Below, piece by piece: positions 46,803 through 55,704 of a DNA stretch of 64,000 nt. A program made the translations under genes and the position numbers. Origin of the DNA: an uncultured Pseudomonadales bacterium. Lineage in GTDB: Bacteria > Patescibacteriota > Microgenomatia > UBA1400 > PJMF01. Each line of letters begins with the position of its first letter. Position 1 is the first letter of the stretch. The notes below the pieces were generated by a model. That model saw nothing but the letters and a program-made list of their open reading frames with translations. It ran no database searches and had not been told where the DNA came from. Where the stretch lies: the NCBI GenBank assembly GCA_964650185.1, contig CAZYRN010000006.1:168-64167 (forward strand). Direction: 5' to 3'.

Positions 46803-47060
46803 ATGGCAGGAATTTCCAATGAAATTAAAACTGAGGTTATTGCTAAAGTTAAAACTGGTCAAAAAGTTTCAGAATTATCCAAACAATATGGGGTCAGTGA
46901 CAAAACAATTTATAATTGGCTGCGAGGTCAGGTGACCGAGCAAGTTAGTTACCGAGAATATAAACGGGTGATGAAGGAGAATGAGGATTTAAAAAAAATC
47001 CTAGGAGTACTAACACTCGAGTTAGAGAAATCAAAAAAAAAGACGTACCGAAACAGCTAA
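46803..47060 (+). CDS. IS3-family transposase OrfA (HTH)
   Basis: MAGISNEIKTEVIAKVKTGQKVSELSKQYGVSDKTIYNWL is an IS3/IS911-type HTH. Leucine-zipper-like tail. Confidence 0.7.
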   Translation: MAGISNEIKTEVIAKVKTGQKVSELSKQYGVSDKTIYNWLRGQVTEQVSYREYKRVMKENEDLKKILGVLTLELEKSKKKTYRNS

Positions 47061-47910
47061 GCAAGTTAGTCATCTTCACCCTGAGTTAACTAAAAAGTTT
47101 GTAGCAGAGATGCTTGGCATTTCTAGACAGTGGCTGTACAAAATAGATTTTCTTCAGAACAGTAAAGATGAACTGTTAAAAGAGAAAATATTGTTTGTGT
47201 GGAGTTCTCACCCAAGTAAAGCCAGTTATGGCTATCGCCGACTTGCCATTGAGCTTGGAGTTGGTAAAAAACGAATTCGCCGCTGTATGAAGAAATATGG
47301 CTTAAAGCCATACAAAAGAAAATCCAGGTGGAGAAAAAGACGAGATGAAAGGAGAAAACCAGCACCATTTTCTAACCAGATTAAAAACCAGTTTCCGATT
47401 GTGCCAAACCACACTTGGGTGGGAGATTTTACATATTTACCATTCAAATGAAAATTTCTCTATTTAGCCACCTTCCTAGATTTATTTACCAGAGAGGTTG
47501 TGGGCTGGCATATTTACACAACTCACACAAAAAATCTGGTGATGCAGGCTTTTCTTGATGGACTGGTTAACCGTAATTTTCAGAAGCCAACCTACATCCA
47601 CTCTGACCAAGGAGTTGAATATACCTCCCAAGATTACACCAAACTAATCCAGGATTTTGGTATTCAAATATCTATGAGCTCCAAAGCTTCTCCTTGGGAA
47701 AATGGTTACCAAGAAAGTTTTTATAACAACTTTAAAACTGACCTTGGCTTAGAGTTTGACCGCTTCCAAGATGAAGGACATTTACTAGAAGCCATTCACC
47801 ACACACTTCACGACTACAACCACACCAGAATTCATTCCATATTAAAAATGCCTCCTTCCAGATTCCACGCCGAGTATTTACACTCCGTGTCTACGAAAAG
47901 GGGTGCTTGA
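47032..47910 (+). pseudogene. IS3-family transposase OrfB (integrase core), inactivated by nonsense codon; +1 relative to orfA
   Basis: WVGDFTYLPFK-[TGA]-KFLYLATFLDLFTREVVGW then HSDQGVEYTS...SSKASPWENG...DYNHTRIHS is the rve DDE core with a premature stop. The frame is reached from the orfA frame at the A9 tract, +1 rather than the usual -1. Confidence 0.6.
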
Positions 47911-47964
47911 CACATTTCTAGATTAATAAATCCTGCTGGTGAAATAAGGATAAGGGTTAATGGG

Positions 47965-48474
47965 ATGCAGAAAAAGTTGGGAAGCATTATAGACTTGAAT
48001 AAAACACAAAGAGAGTTGGCAAATATTGGTTTTCAGGTTTTAACCAAAATGAGTTGGTTATCTGTTGAGGATCTCAGTCCAAATGACAAAAAAATGCTGG
48101 AGGAAGAATACAGTCCCGCTCTGAAAAGTGCTACTTTTTCTATGATACCGGGAAGAGCTACAGAAATATATCAACTGACAATGACGTTGATGAAGGGTGC
48201 TAAAAGTTTGGGGCAGGTAAATCTTATTCCTGTTGTTATACGTGCAGATCAAAAAAAACTACCAGAAGAGCCAGAGTTGTTGATGCTCTTTAATGGCAAC
48301 GTTTATCAGTTAGATGAGGTCATGATGGCAGTCAGGGAATACCTACAGACTGAGGGAATAGCATTGGCCAACTTAAAGCCGGAAACAGAAGCACCAGATG
48401 AACTGATTATCAATGATCCTATAGGGATAAATCCTACTGGAGAAACTATGGTCTATATTGGAGAAACAACCTGA
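47965..48474 (+). CDS. Hypothetical protein
   Basis: 169-aa ORF. No assignable motif. Confidence 0.35.
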   Translation: MQKKLGSIIDLNKTQRELANIGFQVLTKMSWLSVEDLSPNDKKMLEEEYSPALKSATFSMIPGRATEIYQLTMTLMKGAKSLGQVNLIPVVIRADQKKLPEEPELLMLFNGNVYQLDEVMMAVREYLQTEGIALANLKPETEAPDELIINDPIGINPTGETMVYIGETT

Positions 48475-48504
48475 TTAGTTTTTGATGTGACTTCATAAGA
48501 TTAA

Positions 48505-49206
48505 CTATCCAAACAACTTCTCTTCATTCATGATCACCACTGAAGAGTCGGCGTAGTTCTCGGCGAGCTCAGCCTGCAGTTTTGGCAAACGCTTGTGATC
48601 GGTGAGCTTGACACTGTAGAGTACTTCATGCTGGTTGGGCTGGTCGTCAATGCGCTTTAAATCAATGAAGTGGGTGTATTTATCTAAAATTGAGTTCAGT
48701 TGAGGCAGTTCAATTTTCTTTTTGCCTTTAATACTTAAAATTAAAGTTTGATCGTTGGTAGGATCAAATAACTTAAATCTGCCTCGTAAGGCAGCTTCGA
48801 CCAAGATAAAAATTGTAACTACAAAAAACATTAAAATGGTGGTGGCTCGTTGGTTGGCGCCCATGCCCAGTCCCAAACCAATTGCTAAAAAGATGTAAAC
48901 TAACTCTTCCGGATCTTTAATAGCTGATCTAAATCTGACAATGGATAAGGCACCGACCAAACCTAGTGACAAAGCCAACGATGTGCGAATGATGCCAATA
49001 ATCATCATGGTGGTCAGGGCTAAGATCGGCAATAAGGCTGCCAATCGTTTGCGGTTGGAGAGAGTTCTGGCAGTTTTGACATAGAGCCAACTCACTATCA
49101 ACACCATGAGCGTTAAAAGTAAACTATCAATGACGGTGGTAGTTAAGTCAATGCGGCTATCTGCCAGATTAAAATAGGAGCGGAGTTCAGCAAGAGATTG
49201 TTTCAT
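48505..49206 (-). CDS. DUF4956-domain membrane protein
   Basis: Multi-TM. LSIVRFRSAIKDPEEL is typical of DUF4956 proteins that accompany VTC/CotH genes. Confidence 0.55.
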   Translation of the reverse strand: MKQSLAELRSYFNLADSRIDLTTTVIDSLLLTLMVLIVSWLYVKTARTLSNRKRLAALLPILALTTMMIIGIIRTSLALSLGLVGALSIVRFRSAIKDPEELVYIFLAIGLGLGMGANQRATTILMFFVVTIFILVEAALRGRFKLFDPTNDQTLILSIKGKKKIELPQLNSILDKYTHFIDLKRIDDQPNQHEVLYSVKLTDHKRLPKLQAELAENYADSSVVIMNEEKLFG

Positions 49207-49237
49207 AATGATCGTTTGTTAATACTTGATATTTATA

Positions 49238-51232
49238 TCAGAAAAGCCAGCCTTTGACAAAAACTGCTTTTAATGACTGATCTTGAGAAAGATTAATTCT
49301 GAGTTGTGACTGCTGTTTTTTGGCGGCTGGCACATCTCCTTCCCAATGACTAAACCGCCAACCAGCATTTGGCAAAGCCTTAATATTGATCGATTGATCT
49401 GGGAAGTATTTGTTTTCATAAGGAGCATTTTCACCTTGATAGGTGGTAGTATGAACTTGAATATCACCCCCGGCTGGATCACTCACATCTAAGTAAAGCT
49501 TGATCATCTCAGTTCGAGAAGTTGTAAAGTTACCGTCATCGTCAGTATAAAGTTCTTCAAAAACTTGGTTTTGAGCTCCTTCTTGGCGATATTTTAAATA
49601 AGTGCGAACTAAATCTACCTGATAATGCCAGTCTTCCATACTTTGAAACTGACTAATCCCATAAGGAGAGGTGTAATCTTTCCAGCGGGCAATCTGATTG
49701 GGCATCTCTGGCTCAATTACTGCTTCCATCCGATCCAGTTCGGCGATGGCCTGTTTACTGCTAAGAACGGTGTTCAGCAAGTTGGCGTAGCGATTTAAAA
49801 AGTTCTCTTTAAAAGTGGTGTTGTAGAAAATATTGCGCAAGGGAAATTGATCATCAATGAGAATGCCCAGCATGCCTTTGCCGGCGGCGGCGATCATTTT
49901 TTCATGCGTATCACTTGTGTGGCCTAAGCCGGCATCGAGATCAAAAAGCAGCCAGCGGAATCGGCCATCAATTCCTGGGGGTAATTCTAAAACCTCATCC
50001 GGATTTTCTGCCAAAATATTATTGTGGTAGACCCAGACTTTGCTATTGCCATACGGCCAATCAAAGTTAGCGAAATGCATTTCGAAGATGTTGTAATCAA
50101 TAAAATTATCCATATCAATTAACTTACGATACTCGTTATATTCTGGACAACCACGGCAGCCCATCGCCTTTACCAGCATCTCGTTATAGCGGTCCCGATC
50201 ACTTTCATAACCTTGAGTTAGTTCGGCCTGACCTCTGGTTTCGCCGTGATTATGCGGTACATCCAGAATGGTTAATCGATCTCTAGTCACACCATACTTT
50301 TCTTCAAAATAATGGTCATCAAATCTTTCTCTAATGTAGTAAATGCCCCAGTACTCACCATTTAGATAAACTACTACTGGTTGACTCGGCATGACATCTA
50401 GATCGGTACTTTGCTGAGCTAAATTGTGAATTAAAGCATCACGTAAATAAGCGTCTCGCCAATCTGTGCCAGCGTTACGTAGCACGATTTCATCATGGGT
50501 AGTCAGCCCGTCGTTGGGGAAGAAGTCATACTGAAACAGTTCCCGCTCATCTTGGTAAGAAGCAATTAGGCGAAAACTTTTTTGAGGTAATTCTCTTGAG
50601 CCAGTACCATGAATTCGGACTCCCACATCGCGCTGATACTCAAATTGTTGATCTTGATAATAGATGAACTCTGCTGGCCGCTCCCACTCTTTACCGGATT
50701 GCTTATAGTTGATGTGATTACCAGCGGTATAAATACCAATTTCATCATCCCAAAGATTTTTGGGTTCAGTGATTAAAGATACCACTGGTAAGGTGTGATT
50801 TGCCTTAATAAAGTAGGTTTTAATTAAAATTGGACTGATTTGAGTTTCTCGGCGAAAAAGGGCTGTTTTAATGACTGTGGTTTTTTCTATTTGAATGGGC
50901 TCAGTATAAAGTTGGCTGGTAGGGGTGGGATCAGAGCCATCTGTAGTAAATCTCAGCTGATAATCACCTAAAGCTAAAGTATGGTCAAGATCAACTTGGA
51001 CAGCTTGCTGATGAAAGTCGGCTGTGGGAGAGATGATGACTTGTGGTTGAACTGTTTTAGTTAGGAGCGATAAGATTGCCACGATCAGCATAATTGCTGC
51101 TAAAACATAAAAGTTCATTTTTAATTTTTGCCGAGAATAAAGCTGTTTAAATGCTGCCTTGGTTCTAGCCAAAAGTGGGGGTCGGTCGTTTTTAATAATC
51201 ATGCCGCTCCAAACTTGCCAATCCCAAGGCAT
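49238..51232 (-). CDS. CotH-family protein kinase-like protein (secreted/membrane-anchored)
   Basis: Large CotH-like core (...YYIRERFDDHYFEEKYG...). The true start is probably an internal Met, for example 51118 (MNFYVLAAIM TM anchor), because the listed ORF overlaps the VTC gene by 41 nt. Confidence 0.6.
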   Translation of the reverse strand: MPWDWQVWSGMIIKNDRPPLLARTKAAFKQLYSRQKLKMNFYVLAAIMLIVAILSLLTKTVQPQVIISPTADFHQQAVQVDLDHTLALGDYQLRFTTDGSDPTPTSQLYTEPIQIEKTTVIKTALFRRETQISPILIKTYFIKANHTLPVVSLITEPKNLWDDEIGIYTAGNHINYKQSGKEWERPAEFIYYQDQQFEYQRDVGVRIHGTGSRELPQKSFRLIASYQDERELFQYDFFPNDGLTTHDEIVLRNAGTDWRDAYLRDALIHNLAQQSTDLDVMPSQPVVVYLNGEYWGIYYIRERFDDHYFEEKYGVTRDRLTILDVPHNHGETRGQAELTQGYESDRDRYNEMLVKAMGCRGCPEYNEYRKLIDMDNFIDYNIFEMHFANFDWPYGNSKVWVYHNNILAENPDEVLELPPGIDGRFRWLLFDLDAGLGHTSDTHEKMIAAAGKGMLGILIDDQFPLRNIFYNTTFKENFLNRYANLLNTVLSSKQAIAELDRMEAVIEPEMPNQIARWKDYTSPYGISQFQSMEDWHYQVDLVRTYLKYRQEGAQNQVFEELYTDDDGNFTTSRTEMIKLYLDVSDPAGGDIQVHTTTYQGENAPYENKYFPDQSINIKALPNAGWRFSHWEGDVPAAKKQQSQLRINLSQDQSLKAVFVKGWLF

Positions 51233-51926
51233 ACTTAGAAGTGCGCTGTCTCAAAAAGGGTAAATATTGAGCGGCATCAGTCAGTTCATCCAGATCATCT
51301 AGCTTTGATTTTAACTCTAAAATTGATAGGCTGGGTCTGATGGTAAAATTTAAGTCCAGCTGGTGGGAGTTGATTGAACGGAATTCAAGATCTTGATCAA
51401 TGGTGGCGCGAATCTTGCCGTCTGCAGAAAGATAGTAGTGACGGCGGTATGAGTTGTAGACGGTTGGGTGCAGTAATCCCAGTTTGAAAAGGGTGGAGTC
51501 GGTGGAGTTGTCTGGGAAGAAAGGCGCTGAAGTGGTGGTGGCGGATTTTGTGCTGACAGGAGCTGGTGTAGATTCAAGATGAAGGTAAGACCGGATAACG
51601 GGAGGTAGTTGGGTAATCAACTTAGCTGGCAATTTTTCTTGGTTGAAAATAATTTTTTTAACCGAATCAGCTTGTTTTAACTTAATTTCCAATTGAGGTA
51701 CGGGAGTTAGGGAGTGAGAAGTGGTTAAGAAATCCTGCTCTTGCGAGTACCAGCGAAGCCTGATTTTTTTGCGGATATTGGCACCATTGATATTGTCGTA
51801 GTAATCATCGAGATCATGATTATCAAAATAGATGTTGTGAACCACTCGCTCATAATAAATTTCTCGGAAAACAGCCGGATGGCGTTTTAAGATTAGAGTA
51901 ATGGGATTCGAATCAGCTTCTTCCAA
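51192..51926 (-). CDS. VTC-domain (polyphosphate polymerase-like) protein
   Basis: EIYYERVVHNIYFDNHDLDDYY...KKIRLRWY matches the VTC/CYTH-like domain. The CotH+VTC+DUF4956 arrangement is conserved. Confidence 0.6.
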   Translation of the reverse strand: MEEADSNPITLILKRHPAVFREIYYERVVHNIYFDNHDLDDYYDNINGANIRKKIRLRWYSQEQDFLTTSHSLTPVPQLEIKLKQADSVKKIIFNQEKLPAKLITQLPPVIRSYLHLESTPAPVSTKSATTTSAPFFPDNSTDSTLFKLGLLHPTVYNSYRRHYYLSADGKIRATIDQDLEFRSINSHQLDLNFTIRPSLSILELKSKLDDLDELTDAAQYLPFLRQRTSKYALGLASLERHDY

Positions 51927-52107
51927 TAGATATTTTTTTCATGGCGGAATTTCTCTAGGCTGGGCTGAATGAAAGTAGGTAGAGTAAACACAATGGCATT
52001 ATTCTATCACTACTCATGAGGTAATCACTATGGCTGAAGAAATCACTATGGCTGAGTTGCGAGATTAGCGTAGCGTCTTGACACCTCAGAAATAAAGTTC
52101 ATAATAT

Positions 52108-52443
52108 ATGAATATGAATTCATATAAATGTTGCCAGACTGGTTCAACGGAACTCAACCAAGTTGAGTCAATTTCTCAACTATGTAAGTTAGTTGGTGAA
52201 ACAAACCGCCTTAAATTACTCTGTTTGCTCAGACAAGGTGAACACTGTGTCTGCGAAATTTTAGATCATCTGCCGCTGTCGCAAAGTTTGGTCTCTCATC
52301 ACTTGGCTGATTTGAGAGAGGCAGGAGTTATTGTGGATCGTAAAGAAGGTCGGCAAGTCTTTTACTCATTGACCAAAATGGGCCAATCTTTGACTGATCA
52401 CTTATTTATGCTTAATAAAATTAAATTATCAAAAAATAACTAA
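52108..52443 (+). CDS. ArsR/SmtB-family transcriptional regulator
   Basis: LKLLCLLRQGEHCVCEILDHLPLSQSLVSHHLADLREAGVI is an ArsR HTH with the CVC metal/metalloid-sensing motif. Confidence 0.7.
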   Translation: MNMNSYKCCQTGSTELNQVESISQLCKLVGETNRLKLLCLLRQGEHCVCEILDHLPLSQSLVSHHLADLREAGVIVDRKEGRQVFYSLTKMGQSLTDHLFMLNKIKLSKNN

Positions 52444-52485
52444 GCTCGAATTAAAAAGTTACAAAAATTAGTATAAGGAGCATCA

Positions 52486-52740
52486 ATGAAAATTGAAGTA
52501 TTAGGATCAGGCTGCCCGACTTGTGCTAAGTTAAATGAGGCTGTTCAGGCAGTGGTGAAGAAAATGAAGCTGGAAAGTGAGGTTGAGTATCTGACAGGTA
52601 CGGCTGGCATTCAGCGGATTGTAGAGCTGGGGGCAGTGAGTGCACCAGTATTAGCCATTAATGGTGAAGTTGCCATGACAGGTTTTACTCCAGATCTGGA
52701 TAAAATTGAAGCGGTAATTAGCAAGCATCAAGGGGCTTAA
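52486..52740 (+). CDS. Thioredoxin-like redox-active disulfide protein 2 family
   Basis: MKIEVLGSGCPTCAKL is a CxxC in a Thioredoxin_3-type small protein. Confidence 0.65.
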   Translation: MKIEVLGSGCPTCAKLNEAVQAVVKKMKLESEVEYLTGTAGIQRIVELGAVSAPVLAINGEVAMTGFTPDLDKIEAVISKHQGA

Positions 52741-52742
52741 GT

Positions 52743-53723
52743 ATGGATATCTTTGCTCCCATCCAAGCCTTGGCGGATTTAGCTACTTTTCAGTGGTTGG
52801 GTCTGGCTCATGAGAGTTTCGCTGCTCATGCCCTTAACTACTTTATTTATGATGTGATTAAGATCGGCGGCTTGCTGGTGGTGATCAATTACGTTATGGC
52901 AGTCACCCGCTACTATTTTCCAGTCGAAAAAGTTAAAGCTATCTTAACCAGCCGCCGCTGGTACGGTCTGGACTACTTAGTAGCCACCTTACTAGGAGTG
53001 GTGACCCCATTTTGCTCCTGTTCCTCAATTCCCTTATTTATTGGTTTTTTATCTGGAGGGATTCCCTTAGGTGTGACATTTGCTTTTTTAATTAGTTCAC
53101 CATTAGTCAATGAATCATCGCTTTACTTATTTCCGGCTATCTTTGGTTTGCAGACGACGTTTTTTTATAACGCGATTGGCATTGGGGTGGCAGTACTGGG
53201 CGGCTTGCTGATTCAAAAGTTAAAACTGGACAGGTTTATCCAGCCAGAGTTTTTGCAGTTTAAATCAAAAAAACAGCTCAAGGAAAAATATCAGCAGAAT
53301 CACCCTCCTTTGAAAGAGCTGCTGCGGCATTGGTCTGGTGAAGCAATGGAAATCACGCGCAAAGTTTTCCCTTATGTTTTACTCGGTGTGGCTTTGGGAG
53401 CAATCATTCACGGTTATGTACCAGAAGAATTGGTCACTCGCTCCTTATCATTAGAAAAATGGTGGGTAGTGCCATTGGCGACACTATTAGGTGTGCCATT
53501 GTATGCGAATTCGGTGTCAGTTATTCCAGTGATAGAGGCTGTTATTGGTAAGGGTGTACCACTGGGTTCGGCGTTAGCATTCATGACAGCTACGGTCACT
53601 CTATCGCTGCCAGAGGCTTTAATGCTCAAAAAACTGATGAAATGGCAGCTGCTAAGCATCTTTTTTGGCATCACTATAGCTGGCATCATGCTGATTGGCT
53701 ATTTGTTTAACTTCATCACCTAG
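52743..53723 (+). CDS. ArsP-like permease (DUF318 family)
   Basis: Polytopic. TPFCSCSSIPLFIGF is the characteristic CxC/TPFCSCS motif of ArsP/DUF318 permeases. Gene follows ArsR and the Trx-like gene. Confidence 0.6.
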   Translation: MDIFAPIQALADLATFQWLGLAHESFAAHALNYFIYDVIKIGGLLVVINYVMAVTRYYFPVEKVKAILTSRRWYGLDYLVATLLGVVTPFCSCSSIPLFIGFLSGGIPLGVTFAFLISSPLVNESSLYLFPAIFGLQTTFFYNAIGIGVAVLGGLLIQKLKLDRFIQPEFLQFKSKKQLKEKYQQNHPPLKELLRHWSGEAMEITRKVFPYVLLGVALGAIIHGYVPEELVTRSLSLEKWWVVPLATLLGVPLYANSVSVIPVIEAVIGKGVPLGSALAFMTATVTLSLPEALMLKKLMKWQLLSIFFGITIAGIMLIGYLFNFIT

Positions 53724-53759
53724 CCTCAGCCCAATGACTAAAGATCACTTAAAGATCGC

Positions 53760-54386
53760 TTAAAGCTCAACAGCCTCAATATTCAGCTCACCATCTGGTA
53801 AAGGCTGCAACAGCTGGGCGACTGTTGACAGCGGTGTGCTTGGGTCCAACCACTGCTCTTCAACTTTATGATCAATAATAACTGGCATTCGCTGATGAAT
53901 ATCTTTCAGATCATGGTTAGCATCAGTCGTAATAATGGTGCAGGTTTCAATATCCTGCCAGGGTTCATATAATCCAGCCAGGCTCAAGACTTTTTCGTCA
54001 TGCAATTTAATTGAGTAAGGCTGACGCTCCACAATTTTGTTATTTTTCTTAATTTTTTGCCACTCAAAAAAATGTGTGCTGGGAATCAAACATCGTTGGG
54101 CATTCTCCCAGGCATGCTTAAATGTAGGTTTTTCATGAACAGTTTCAGCTCGGGCGTTAAAGGTTGGATACCTGAGATCTTTTGTGTTTTTAATCCAAGT
54201 TGGCATGATTGACCAATAGCGCAACACTAGCTGATTAGGCGATTGACGGCTAATGCTGGGAATAAAGGTATGGGGTGAAAAACGAGCTTGAAAAAGCGGC
54301 TGATCCAATTTTGGCGGCAGATTGAGTTGATATCGCTCAGCGAACTCATCTTCTGTTAGGTTTATTAGGCCAAAAGCACCGCACAT
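53760..54386 (-). CDS. SOS-response-associated peptidase (SRAP/YedK-like abasic-site sensor)
   Basis: Starts MCGAF (catalytic Cys2). SRAP-length protein with conserved H/E-containing core. Confidence 0.7.
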   Translation of the reverse strand: MCGAFGLINLTEDEFAERYQLNLPPKLDQPLFQARFSPHTFIPSISRQSPNQLVLRYWSIMPTWIKNTKDLRYPTFNARAETVHEKPTFKHAWENAQRCLIPSTHFFEWQKIKKNNKIVERQPYSIKLHDEKVLSLAGLYEPWQDIETCTIITTDANHDLKDIHQRMPVIIDHKVEEQWLDPSTPLSTVAQLLQPLPDGELNIEAVEL

Positions 54387-54562
54387 AGGTAAATTTTATC
54401 TGTCTTAGTAATTGATCTGTAACTTAATTGTCTCTAATAGCCAAATGAGAAGTATAAGCGTTGAGTAAGAGGATGGTATGTAGTCCATGAATTTTGTTGA
54501 AATGGTGAAAGTGAAACGATTAACATGGGGTTGTTGTATAAATTATCAAGAAAGGAGAACCC

Positions 54563-55015
54563 ATGAAAAAGGCCTTAAGCTCGCTTGGTCTAGCTGCAGT
54601 GGTTGGTTTAGCAGCAGTGACCGGTGTCCAAGCGCAGCCTACAACGTGGCATCAGGGTTTTGAAGGGGATACAAGTGGATGGGAGGACAGCACGAATGGT
54701 TGGTATGGCTCAATTGAGCGAGTGCCGTCAGGAGAAGATGGCATAACCTCTTCCGAGGGCGATTATCATGCTGTAGTGGAAGAGGATGCTAACTCTGCCC
54801 CATTTTCTCGGTTTGATGGCTTTCGGGATGAGTGGAGTGGTGACTGGACTGCTGAAATTGATGTTTATCTTGATCCCGCTTGGGATTTAGGTACCGGCTT
54901 CGATTACTCAGTTGCAGCCACTGGTACTCAGGATGAGTTACTTGCTATGATTGGCTCGGCTGTCGGCTTAACGATCGCCGCTGTCTCAGGTCGAGCTTAC
55001 TTGAAAACTCGCTAA
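54563..55015 (+). CDS. Hypothetical secreted protein
   Basis: Signal peptide ALSSLGLAAVVGLAAVTGVQA. Trp/Asp-rich mature part. Confidence 0.4.
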   Translation: MKKALSSLGLAAVVGLAAVTGVQAQPTTWHQGFEGDTSGWEDSTNGWYGSIERVPSGEDGITSSEGDYHAVVEEDANSAPFSRFDGFRDEWSGDWTAEIDVYLDPAWDLGTGFDYSVAATGTQDELLAMIGSAVGLTIAAVSGRAYLKTR

Positions 55016-55032
55016 ATCAGCTGGCTAAATTC

Positions 55033-55659
55033 TTAAGCGCCCTCAATCATCTGTACTTGAGTAGCCCAGATGTAGGACTGTCCTTCCATGTCGGCGAAAA
55101 AGTCATCATCTAGGTCAATACCGTAGTCATTCTCAACTTCTGTGATGCTGAACTCCCGGACGGTGCCTAACACCTGGTAAGTATTGTCACCTACCAACTG
55201 ATCTGACAAATTTGGAACTGGACTCTGGGTAATGACAATCAGATTGTTGTCCGACTCCATGGACTCAAGAGTAAAAGCTCTTTCTGCTACTAAAATTTCG
55301 CCTAAATTTCCTTCAACAATCACTTGCTGATCCAAATGAAGACTAGGGTCGTCAACAATTTCATCAATAGTGGCGGTCGGCTCAGTAGTTAACTCCTGAT
55401 CTGTCTCATCAGTCAGCTCGCCATTAACCTCATCATCTGACATGGGTGAGGGTGAGCCTGGAAAGATTTGACCGTTTTCTACAATTTGACCATTATTTTG
55501 CCCAGTGCCATTATTAGTTAGCATTGGGACTAATACCACGATGCCGATAATCACAATGCCTGCTAAAACTAACCAAGTAATCCAACTAGCTCCTTTATTC
55601 ATATCAAAACTCCATTCATAGATGTTGATATTACTTCTAGAGTAAAGCTTCATCATCAC
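55033..55659 (-). CDS. Hypothetical membrane-anchored acidic protein
   Basis: Single TM WITWLVLAGIVIIGIVVLV followed by an acidic domain. Start uncertain. Confidence 0.4.
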   Translation of the reverse strand: MMMKLYSRSNINIYEWSFDMNKGASWITWLVLAGIVIIGIVVLVPMLTNNGTGQNNGQIVENGQIFPGSPSPMSDDEVNGELTDETDQELTTEPTATIDEIVDDPSLHLDQQVIVEGNLGEILVAERAFTLESMESDNNLIVITQSPVPNLSDQLVGDNTYQVLGTVREFSITEVENDYGIDLDDDFFADMEGQSYIWATQVQMIEGA

Positions 55660-55704
55660 AACTCAGTTAAAGGAAAGTAAGACTCGGATAAGAGCCGGAG
55701 TTGC

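Larger units (their letters stand above)
46759..47914 (+). mobile_element. Degenerate IS3-family insertion sequence (orfA + disrupted orfB), termini TG...CA
   Basis: orfA HTH transposase 46803..47060. A9 slippery tract at 47033-47041. orfB DDE/rve integrase core (HSDQGVEYTS) interrupted by in-frame TGA at 47452-47454. Element begins TGTCAC and ends ..TGACACA. About 1.16 kb. Confidence 0.55.

Noticed and set aside
47452-47454. In-frame TGA inside the IS3 transposase as evidence for an alternative genetic code (UGA=Gly, code 25)
   Set aside because: Many well-conserved genes here terminate with TGA in ATGA overlaps (hsdR, MTase2, the 60461 ORF). The standard-code ORFs are full length and well conserved. 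The stop is better explained as a nonsense mutation in a decayed IS.
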